From Candidatus Velamenicoccus archaeovorus (GTDB lineage: Bacteria > Omnitrophota > Gorgyraeia > Velamenicoccales > Velamenicoccaceae), in assembly GCF_004102945.1 (NCBI RefSeq), contig NZ_CP019384.1:393403-417402 (forward strand): a stretch of DNA of 24,000 bases, written 5' to 3'. The notes beneath the pieces were generated by a model, which did no database searches, was not told the origin of the DNA, and saw only the letters and a program-made list of their open reading frames with translations. Positions 15,783 to 22,708 of this stretch are shown here, piece by piece. The number at the start of each line of letters is the position of its first letter. Position 1 is the stretch's first letter. The position numbers and the translations under genes are program-made.

Positions 15783-15820
15783 GTCCCGTTAGAAATGAGG
15801 TTTCTAACGGGACTTTATAT
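15783..15820 (+). terminator. Rho-independent terminator after beta-CASP gene
   Basis: Perfect 13-bp stem GTCCCGTTAGAAA / TTTCTAACGGGAC with a 5-nt loop, followed by TTTATAT. A second weak hairpin with a T7 run lies at ~15829-15851. Confidence 0.7.
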
Positions 15821-15909
15821 GTGGGTTCACAGAGAAAAGTTCTGTTTTTTTAACAGATTAACAGATTGGATTTCCCAGTTGATGGATGGGGTCCTGTCAT
15901 CTCTAACGG

Positions 15910-15938
15910 CGTAAACCTTTTGTTTCGTTGTTCGTCTA
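15910..15938 (+). promoter_or_regulatory. ECF-type promoter candidate GTAAAC-N16-CGTCTAA
   Basis: An AAC-containing -35 element (15910-15915), a 16-nt spacer, and a CGTCTA -10 element (15932-15937). It is ~34 nt upstream of ATG 15972, the first gene of the ECF sigma operon. SD AAAGGGAGG is at 15957-15965. Confidence 0.45.
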
Positions 15939-15971
15939 ACGTGAAGGAAGCGAAACAAAAGGGAGGATGCT

Positions 15972-16598
15972 ATGAAAAATTTCGCCAAACAATTATTGTT
16001 GATCGGGTTGGGTGTCCTGGTTTTGGCGGGGGGATGTTTTTGTTTTTCTCAGGCGGGTCTGGCCGCGGGCGATGAAGAGGAGTTGTCATCGGCGCCTGGC
16101 CGCTCCGGCCGCGCCGGAGACCTGCGCGAAAAGGCCGATCGTTTAAGACGGGAAGATCCTGAGAAATTCCACCAGCTGGTGCGGGACCGCGCCCAGGCGC
16201 TGCGTGGAAAACTTCGGGACCTTAAAGAAAAAGACCCCCAGAAATACGAACAGGTCGTCGCCAGGATCCGGCAGATGAAGATTGAGCGGCTGCGGCGCCT
16301 CAAGACTGAAGATCCCGAGAAATTCAGCCGGATCATGGAACGTCGGCGTCAAGCTGTCGATAAACGTTTGAGCAGGCTTAAAGAGACCGACCCCCAGAAA
16401 TATGAGAAGGTTGTAGCTTTTAAGGAGAAGCTGGGGCATCTGCAGGAACTGCGGCAGAAAGACCCCGAGGCCTTCCGTGAGTTTCTTGAGAAACATCCGC
16501 GTCTCAAGGAGCGGCTGACTTCGGGTCGCCGGGGACACGGAGCGCCGGGGCCGAGAGAGCCGCAACGGAAAGCCGCTGAATATGACGACGTCCGCTGA
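15972..16598 (+). CDS. Secreted helical repeat protein (five ~25-aa L[KR]xxDPxx[FY] repeats)
   Basis: Signal peptide MKNFAKQLLLIGLGVLVLAGGCFCFSQA. Repeats are LRREDPEKF.., LKEKDPQKY.., LKTEDPEKF.., LKETDPQKY.., LRQKDPEAF... It overlaps the sigma factor gene by 17 nt. Confidence 0.6.
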   Translation: MKNFAKQLLLIGLGVLVLAGGCFCFSQAGLAAGDEEELSSAPGRSGRAGDLREKADRLRREDPEKFHQLVRDRAQALRGKLRDLKEKDPQKYEQVVARIRQMKIERLRRLKTEDPEKFSRIMERRRQAVDKRLSRLKETDPQKYEKVVAFKEKLGHLQELRQKDPEAFREFLEKHPRLKERLTSGRRGHGAPGPREPQRKAAEYDDVR

Positions 16599-17178
16599 TG
16601 CCCAAAGAAGCCTGGAGTGCGTGCGCCGTTTTCAGGAAGGCGAGAAGGCCGCGTTCGACGAGCTGGTGAGGATGCATCAGCGGCAGGCTTATGGATTTGT
16701 TTACAGTCTTATTGGGAATGTCGAGGATGCCGCGGATATCCTCCAGGAAGGGTTTCTGCGTGCTTATGAAGGGTTGGGACGGTTTCGGGGAGAATCGGGA
16801 TTCAAGACGTGGTTCTACAGGATATTGATCAACCTGACGCGGGACATGCTGCGCCGACGGGGGAGGTCCCGTAAGCTTTTTTCCTATTCGCTCGATGAAG
16901 AGGACGAAAACGGGGCTGCCAAGAGCGTTCCTGATGCGACGTGGAGGCCCGATAAGGCGGCGCAAGAGCATGAATGCGAGAGTGTGCTGAACGGGGCGTT
17001 GTGCGAGCTTTCGGACCGGCAGAGAGAGGCTTTCTCGCTGCGTTATTTCCAGGGGTTGAAGACCGAAGAAGTGGCGCACATCCTGGGGTGCGGGGTCCCG
17101 ACAGCCAAGGTGCATATTTTCCGGGCTGTCCGCCATATCGGCAGGATCATGGGGCCGTATATGGACGGGCGTTCGTAA
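16582..17178 (+). CDS. ECF-family RNA polymerase sigma factor
   Basis: Region 2 (AFDELVRMHQRQAYGFVYSLIGNVEDAADILQEGFLRAY...FKTWFYRILINL) and region 4 (LSDRQREAFSLRYFQGLKTEEVAHILGCGVPTAKVHIFRA). Confidence 0.9.
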   Translation: MTTSADAQRSLECVRRFQEGEKAAFDELVRMHQRQAYGFVYSLIGNVEDAADILQEGFLRAYEGLGRFRGESGFKTWFYRILINLTRDMLRRRGRSRKLFSYSLDEEDENGAAKSVPDATWRPDKAAQEHECESVLNGALCELSDRQREAFSLRYFQGLKTEEVAHILGCGVPTAKVHIFRAVRHIGRIMGPYMDGRS

Positions 17179-17192
17179 CCAGAGAGGGTTTT

Positions 17193-17711
17193 ATGGGTAT
17201 GTGTTTTTTTGTGAAACGAAAACTGCTTGATTTTGCCGAAGGGGATATTCCGGAGTGCCAGGCCGTGCAGGTGCGCGCGCATCTGGAAAGCTGTCCGGCC
17301 TGCCGCGGCCGTTTGGCGGAGATCCGCCGGGGCCTCCAGGCTGCCGGCTTGCATCGAGAAACGCAGATGTCCGAAGATTTCTGGAAGAAGTTCGATGTCG
17401 AGCTGCAGAAGAAGATCTTCGAGCGTGAATGTGAACGCTTCCCCCGCACCGGCCGGCGGTTCGTTTGGGTTGCGTCCGTATGGCGCCCGGCACTCATCGC
17501 GCTTCCCGTCCTGGTCATTATGTTCGCCGTGGCCACGCATCTGAGGGTGTTTTCTCCGGCGGCACGGGAAGAGGCGCTGGTTCGCGATGCGGCTTGGCTG
17601 ATGGACGAAGCTTCGGACGAACAAGGCACGCTGTCTTCAGATGACGACATTACGGCCGATATCGAAATCCTTTATCTTGCAGATCCTTCTGCATTCCGGG
17701 AAAATGGATAA
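17193..17711 (+). CDS. Anti-sigma factor (zf-HC2), single-pass membrane protein
   Basis: H-x3-C-x2-C motif in VRAHLESCPACRGRL. TM helix ALIALPVLVIMFAVA. Short acidic extracytoplasmic tail. The start is ATG 17193 with AGAGAGGG upstream; the listed start at 16974 overlaps the sigma gene. Confidence 0.8.
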   Translation: MGMCFFVKRKLLDFAEGDIPECQAVQVRAHLESCPACRGRLAEIRRGLQAAGLHRETQMSEDFWKKFDVELQKKIFERECERFPRTGRRFVWVASVWRPALIALPVLVIMFAVATHLRVFSPAAREEALVRDAAWLMDEASDEQGTLSSDDDITADIEILYLADPSAFRENG

Positions 17712-17977
17712 GCGGTCGTCTCTTTTCGAGTGAGAGGATTTCTTTTCTCGGTTGTGTTGTTTTTCCTTCCCTTGCCTTCCTTGCGTTGTTATCCTTGAAG
17801 ATTGCACGTGTTCTTTTTTTTCGCATGCACCGGCTCATTCTTGAGGCGAGCCAAGCCATTGCTGTGACAGAAAGGTGGATTGCGGATGTTTGGCGCAAGC
17901 CTCATCCGGCCGCCGTGGCGCTTGACCCAGCCGTTTTGGACCAAGATTCGGAGCCGAAGAAAGTCAAAATATTGTGA

Positions 17978-18006
17978 TTGAAAATTTAAAAAATTACTAT
18001 TATGAT
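17978..18006 (+). promoter_or_regulatory. Sigma70-type promoter TTGAAA-N17-TATGAT
   Basis: TTGAAA at 17978-17983, an exact 17-nt AT-rich spacer, and TATGAT at 18001-18006. The implied transcription start is ~18013, about 370 nt upstream of ATG 18386. Confidence 0.5.
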
Positions 18007-18110
18007 ATTAAGGAAGATTTAATCCTAAGTAGAAATCCCCAGGCCTTTTGCGATGCGGCCTGGCTGATGGTCAGGGCGGAAGCCCGTGGAATGAATGCAG
18101 TTGTGAAGTT

Positions 18111-18252
18111 CTTCTGCACCCCGCGCTTATCGGTACCTGGCGCTTTATAGGAATTGCGCCAGTGTTCCCTTGTGGGAAAATGGCGCAGGTGTTTCGCCTT
18201 CTGCGACACCCTGCGCTTATCGGAATGGCGCAGGTGTTTCGCTTTCTGCGAA
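18111..18252 (+). repeat. Direct repeats in the leader: a 45-nt tandem unit (1.6 copies) plus a second copy of CTTCTGC..GCGCTTATCGG
   Basis: ATGGCGCAGGTGTTTCGC(C/T)TTCTGCGA occurs at 18180-18206 and 18225-18251. CTTCTGCACCCCGCGCTTATCGG is at 18111-18133, and CTTCTGCGACACCCTGCGCTTATCGG is at 18198-18223. Confidence 0.8.
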
Positions 18253-18385
18253 AGGAGCAAGCCCTGGTCTTTAGGCGAGGGAGGTTTCGCTGACGCAACT
18301 CGGGTTAGGACATAAGGATGGATACGGTTCTGCAGGAGAAGCAGGCCGTCATTCCAGTAGATTATTCTGGCGCAGGGAGGACACG

Positions 18386-18967
18386 ATGCCAATTTCCCAG
18401 AGAAGGGTGTTCCAAAGCGGCTTAATTTTATTCATTTTGTTTGGTTTCGCGCACATGGGCGTTGGCGCAAAACAGTCTATCCGGCTTGGAGATGCGGTTT
18501 CTTCGGAACCTCGGTCAGGAGGGGCGGTCTGTCTTGGTTTTTTCTCGGGTGTCAGAGAGGCTTGGGCTGAGGGAGAAGACGCCAAAGAGACAGAAGTGAA
18601 AAATCAAGAAGCAGAAGCAAAAGATGCAAAAGGCGAGAGCGGGGATTATCCCGAAGAGGTCCGTGATGCGATTGAACGCCGCAGTGCCCGCCGCAATGAA
18701 CTCCTGTCCTGGGAAAAGAAGGGCGTGATCGGCGAAAACATGCATGGGCATGTTGAGATCGTCAAGCGGGGGGCTTCCAAAAAAAATAATCTGGTCGCCT
18801 TGGTGGAGCAGGAAAACAGGGACCGTTCTGCGATCTATGCGTATGTCGCAAAAAAGGACAAGGTTTCCGTGAATGAAACGGTTAGGTTTTTCACCCGGAA
18901 GATCCAGACAGAAGCCCCGGCAAAGACACCGATCCAGTGTTTTAACGGAGAGTGGACAGTCAAGTAG
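18386..18967 (+). CDS. YdbL-like (DUF1318) secreted protein
   Basis: N-terminal hydrophobic segment. The C-terminal half (KKGVIGENMHGHVEIV..LVALVEQENRDRSAIYAYVAKKDKVSVNETV...FNGEWTVK) fits the YdbL pattern G.(V/I)GE..GY...LV..EN.DR..IY....V......G.W.K. Confidence 0.7.
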   Translation: MPISQRRVFQSGLILFILFGFAHMGVGAKQSIRLGDAVSSEPRSGGAVCLGFFSGVREAWAEGEDAKETEVKNQEAEAKDAKGESGDYPEEVRDAIERRSARRNELLSWEKKGVIGENMHGHVEIVKRGASKKNNLVALVEQENRDRSAIYAYVAKKDKVSVNETVRFFTRKIQTEAPAKTPIQCFNGEWTVK

Positions 18968-19023
18968 GAAGGGTGAAGGCTTCTTGGCCCCGGCGTCGCG
19001 GCGTTTGCAGAAAGGCGGCATAG

Positions 19024-19257
19024 ATGGAGAAGGTCGTCAAGACATTTGAGAAAAACAAGTTTCAGGAGATCCGTGTCGGCATCACGCAGTACCAGGGCAA
19101 TGACCTGATCGACCTGCGTATTTGGGCGCTCAATCAGGGCGGACAGGAGAAAGTGCCGACGGCCAAGGGGATCTCGCTCAACGTCAAGCTCTTCTGGCAT
19201 CTCAAGGAAGCCGTAGAGCTCCTGGAAAAAGAATTGAAAGCCAACAACCTGTTGTAG
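19024..19257 (+). CDS. PC4/YdbC-family ssDNA-binding protein (transcriptional coactivator p15-like)
   Basis: 77 aa. QEIRVGITQYQGNDLIDLRIWA....VPTAKGISLNVKLFWHLKEAVELL matches the PC4 pattern DIR.(W/Y)....P.KKGISL....W..L. Confidence 0.7.
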   Translation: MEKVVKTFEKNKFQEIRVGITQYQGNDLIDLRIWALNQGGQEKVPTAKGISLNVKLFWHLKEAVELLEKELKANNLL

Positions 19258-19370
19258 GTTTTTACCCGCGCACCAGAAAGCCGCGGATGTCCAGCCATGG
19301 ATGGACGGCTCTCGGTGTGGGGTTTAACTTCACGGAAGCCAGAAAAATAAAGATGCCATGGTGAAAAACC

Positions 19371-20129
19371 GTGAAGCTTCACGTCGTGGCCGCTCTCAAG
19401 AAAACAGATGCTAATCGGGCAAAGGAACGCCAGAAGGCCATCTCCAAAAAAGTCGGCCGGGCGATCGCCGATTACGGCATGATTGAGGACGGCGACAAGA
19501 TTTTGGTGGGTGTTTCCGGCGGCAAGGACAGCCTGACGCTTTTGAAGATCCTTTGGGACAGGAGGGTATTTGTCCCGATCCATTATGATGTGTTGGCATT
19601 GCATGTGGATCTGGGGTTTACCGGGACTAAACAGGAGGCTTTCCGGAGATATCTGGAGACAGAGGGATATCCTCTTGAGGTGCGCCGCCAGGCAGTTGCG
19701 GGCGAGGGAGGGCGGGAACCCTTGACATGTTTCTGGTGTTCTTGGAATCGGCGCCGCGTGCTCTTTGAAGAAGCTAAAAAGAACGGTTGCAACAAGATCG
19801 CTCTGGGTCACCACAAGGATGATATCGTCGAGACGATCCTGATGAATCTTTTGTTTGAAGGCGAGATCAGCGCTATGGCGCCCAAGCAAGAGATGTTTAA
19901 GGGGGAGCTCCACATCATCCGGCCGCTCGCCTATGTCGAAGAACGCGAGATCAGCCGATTTGCGCGTCTGATGGAGTTTCCGGTCTGCGGCTGTCTGTGT
20001 CCCCAGGCCGGCCGGACGCAGCGCGCGGTTGTCAAGAAGATCATCGCGGATGTGCAGAAAACGGCGCCGGGGGTCAAGTCCAATATTTTTCGCAGTCTGC
20101 AGAGGATCAAAAAAGAATATCTTCTATAA
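19371..20129 (+). CDS. ttcA: tRNA 2-thiocytidine biosynthesis protein TtcA (PP-loop ATPase)
   Basis: PP-loop VGVSGGKDS. Cys motifs CFWCSWNRR and CGCLC. GHHKDDIVETILMNL. The GTG start at 19371 is uncertain. Confidence 0.85.
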   Translation: MKLHVVAALKKTDANRAKERQKAISKKVGRAIADYGMIEDGDKILVGVSGGKDSLTLLKILWDRRVFVPIHYDVLALHVDLGFTGTKQEAFRRYLETEGYPLEVRRQAVAGEGGREPLTCFWCSWNRRRVLFEEAKKNGCNKIALGHHKDDIVETILMNLLFEGEISAMAPKQEMFKGELHIIRPLAYVEEREISRFARLMEFPVCGCLCPQAGRTQRAVVKKIIADVQKTAPGVKSNIFRSLQRIKKEYLL

Positions 20130-20245
20130 CCCCGTTAGAGGCACTTTTTGTTTTTCAATAACGGGATGTGATTTGACATAGAGCTGTTGGTCTCACAAAG
20201 AGAGAGTTAGAGACCATGTCTTGATCTGTCTCTAGCGGGGTAACG

Positions 20246-22438
20246 ATGCCATTAAGGATCAATAAGAGAAACGCCATCTATGTGTTCAAGAGGGTCTTGG
20301 CGGTTTTGTTCGTGGCCGTCATCTTTTTGAGCTTTTTCTTTTTGCCGTATTACCGGCCGGACCGTCAGCTCGTTTGGTCTTTTGTGTGGAACATCCACGC
20401 CGAGATCGTCCCCTTCGTTGCCATCCTCCAGTTTATCTTCAGTTTTGCCCTCATATTTTTCTTTCTGTATCTTTTGCGCATGCGCCGCGCCCTGTACCGG
20501 GAAAAAGAAGATTTGGCCGCGGCCATCACGAATCTGGATGTCGGGTTCTGCCGCCAGACGCCCGGAGACCAAGGGGCGTTCTTGGAGGCCAATGACGGGT
20601 TTTTGAAGATGCTCGATCTGAGCGAGAAGGAGTTGTTTGTCTTCAAGCCGGTCGACATCCATATGTCGAAGGAGAGTTACGGGGAATTCTGCGAGCTTTT
20701 GAATCATCGCGGAACATTGATCAAAGAGCTCCAGCTCAAAAAGAAAAACGGCAGCGGTGTCTGGGCCGTTGTGTCGGCGAAGGCGGTCAGGAACGAAAGG
20801 GGCGAGCTCCGGTATTACGAATATATCACCATGGATGTCAGCGAACGCAAGTGGATGGAAGAAGAGATGAGCTCGGCCTACCTGCGTTTTGAGGCGGTGA
20901 TCCAGAATACCCCGAATATTGCGATCCAGGGTTTTTCTCTCGACGGCAAGATCCTGGAATGGAACCACGCCTCCGAGCTCCTGTATGGTTATCTTAAGCA
21001 CGAGATCCTGGGCAAACGGGGCGAGGATTTTATTCTCAGGGAATCGGACCGGATGGAATTCCAGCAGCTTTTTGAGACGATGAGGCAGACGGGACGGCCG
21101 ACGCCGCCGCGGGAATGGAAGGCCCGGACCAAAAACAACAAGGAGATCACGGTCTACTCGTCGATGTTCCCGATCTTGCACAACGACAAGGTCATCGAGA
21201 TCTACTGCATGGATGTGGATATTTCCGACCGCGTCGAGACGGAGAGCAGGCTCAATGAGATTAAAGACAAGCTTGAGAGCCTGGCCTTGAAGGACCCCCT
21301 GACGGAGATCTATAATTTCCGCTATTTCCGTGAACGTCTCGCCTCGGAGTTCGAGCGCGCCAAGAGGACATTGCAGCCTTTGACGATCGTCATGATGGAC
21401 CTGGATTATTTTAAGTCCATCAATGATACCTATGGCCATCAATACGGCGACCGCGTCTTGAAACAGGTCGCCAGGTTCCTGAAGGCGGAATTGCGCACTA
21501 ACGACGTGGTCTCGCGCTGGGGCGGCGAAGAGTTTGCCATTATTCTGCCGGATACCAATCGTATCGATGGTCTGGCGGTGACGAACAAGATCCTTGAGCT
21601 GTTTCGGACGCGCAGCTTTGGGGATGTTACGAACGTCATCAAGCTCAAGTGCAGCATGGGTATCGTCAGCTATCCGGAAGACCCTTTGTTTTCCGTTGAA
21701 GAATTGATCGACGCCGGCGAAGAGTGCATTTATCGTGTCAAGGAGCGCGGCGGCGACGGCGTGGCCCTCTACGGCCACGAGATCGGTGTGGCCGAGCACA
21801 ACCTGGACAAAATGCCGGAGGAGGACCGCAAACGCTTCATCGATTCCGTCAAGCAGCGTCTTTCGTTTTACGCCGTCCGCAGCGAACGCAGCATCCTGGA
21901 GGCGATTTATTCTTTGGCCAAGAGTATCGAGTTGCGGGATCGCCGGACAAAAGAGCATTGCGACCGCATGGTCGAATACGCCGAGAAGATCGCCCAGCGG
22001 ATGGGCATGAACGAGCAGGAGGTGGACAATGTCCGCCGCGCCGCCATGCTGCATGATATCGGCAAGTTGGGTATTTCGGACGCCATATTGCTGAAACCGG
22101 GGAAGTTGACGCCCGAAGAATACGAAATCGTCAAGAAGCATCCGGTGATCGGCGCCGACATCATTTCCGTCGCCGGTTTCCTCAAAGACATCGTTCCCTA
22201 TATCCTGTGCCACCACGAGCATTTTGACGGTAAGGGGTATCCCAGGGGGCTCAAGGGAGAAGAGATCCCCCTTGGCGCGCGCATCATCGCCGTCGTCGAT
22301 GTCTATGAAGCGCTGACTTCCGACCGTCCCTACCATAAGGCCATTTCCAAGGACGAGGCGATCAAAATCCTCAAAGAGGGCCTGAATACCCAGTTTGACG
22401 CCCGGGTCGTGAAGGTGTTTTTGGAAATAGTCGAGTAG
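20246..22438 (+). CDS. Membrane-anchored PAS-PAS-GGDEF-HD-GYP c-di-GMP signalling protein
   Basis: Two N-terminal TM helices and two PAS-like regions. GGDEF domain with RTND-x5-GGEEF (I-site plus A-site). HD-GYP domain with HCDRM, MLHDIGKLG and HHEHFDGKGYPRGL. Confidence 0.9.
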   Translation: MPLRINKRNAIYVFKRVLAVLFVAVIFLSFFFLPYYRPDRQLVWSFVWNIHAEIVPFVAILQFIFSFALIFFFLYLLRMRRALYREKEDLAAAITNLDVGFCRQTPGDQGAFLEANDGFLKMLDLSEKELFVFKPVDIHMSKESYGEFCELLNHRGTLIKELQLKKKNGSGVWAVVSAKAVRNERGELRYYEYITMDVSERKWMEEEMSSAYLRFEAVIQNTPNIAIQGFSLDGKILEWNHASELLYGYLKHEILGKRGEDFILRESDRMEFQQLFETMRQTGRPTPPREWKARTKNNKEITVYSSMFPILHNDKVIEIYCMDVDISDRVETESRLNEIKDKLESLALKDPLTEIYNFRYFRERLASEFERAKRTLQPLTIVMMDLDYFKSINDTYGHQYGDRVLKQVARFLKAELRTNDVVSRWGGEEFAIILPDTNRIDGLAVTNKILELFRTRSFGDVTNVIKLKCSMGIVSYPEDPLFSVEELIDAGEECIYRVKERGGDGVALYGHEIGVAEHNLDKMPEEDRKRFIDSVKQRLSFYAVRSERSILEAIYSLAKSIELRDRRTKEHCDRMVEYAEKIAQRMGMNEQEVDNVRRAAMLHDIGKLGISDAILLKPGKLTPEEYEIVKKHPVIGADIISVAGFLKDIVPYILCHHEHFDGKGYPRGLKGEEIPLGARIIAVVDVYEALTSDRPYHKAISKDEAIKILKEGLNTQFDARVVKVFLEIVE

Positions 22439-22650
22439 TCAAATGACGGCATAGTTTAGGCACTTCCTTTATATGGTATAAGGAAGGCCTACCCTTTCTG
22501 GGTTAGCGAGCGAAGCGCCGCTAAGTTACCTGCCGGAATTTGACCCCCACACTAATTATCAAGGGTGTTAGCGGGGGAAGATTTTGTAATAGCGATAAAG
22601 TGATAATGGGTGCGGGGGTTTCATTCGCGGCCGGCCTGCCGGCCTATGAC

Positions 22651-22678
22651 TTATGGAATTTGCAGAAGAATTCCATAA
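22651..22678. promoter_or_regulatory. Perfect 10-bp inverted repeat TTATGGAATT-N8-AATTCCATAA (candidate operator)
   Basis: Read directly from the sequence. The centre is ~45 nt upstream of the GTG 22709 start, and the SD AAAGGAG is at 22693-22699. Confidence 0.4.
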
Positions 22679-22708
22679 ATCATCCGTTCATGAAAGGAGT
22701 TCGAGACA

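Noticed and set aside
17786-17977. A 63-aa plus-strand ORF (50 aa from ATG 17825) downstream of the anti-sigma gene.
   Set aside because: There is no SD and I recognise no family. It could be a small protein or a gene remnant, but I cannot support it from the sequence alone.
18060-18135. SRP-RNA-like (GGTCAGGGC-GGAA-GCCC) and RNase P-like (GCGCTTATCGG) sequence snippets.
   Set aside because: The conserved cores are absent: GGAAGCAGC of SRP domain IV, and GAGGAAAGTCCGGGC / ACAGAA of RNase P. The resemblance is limited to a tetraloop and a short string.
18111-18252. A possible degenerate CRISPR array.
   Set aside because: Only two copies of each repeat are present, with unequal spacing (45 nt and ~87 nt) and overlapping repeat families. 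There are no cas genes or leader in the window.
18000-18392. A 130-aa minus-strand ORF with a repeated SQKAKHLRH peptide, and plus-strand ORF 18048-18293.
   Set aside because: The peptide repeat simply mirrors the 45-nt DNA tandem repeat. There is no SD and no family resemblance. The region is better explained as a structured noncoding leader downstream of the promoter at 17978-18006.
20252-22336. A 694-aa antisense ORF opposite the GGDEF/HD-GYP gene. Similar long minus-strand ORFs occur at 14689-15768, 7707-8594, 12379-13050, 11907-12629, 3003-3599, 5071-5706, 8660-9217, 13118-13720, 16504-17136, 19134-19913, 22688-23197 and 23333-23875.
   Set aside because: The 694-aa ORF is codon-aligned with the sense gene, so it only requires the sense gene to avoid TTA, CTA and TCA codons. 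In every case the + strand partner has clear family motifs. The antisense translations are low-complexity (R/G/P/D-rich) with no recognisable domains. These are shadow ORFs.
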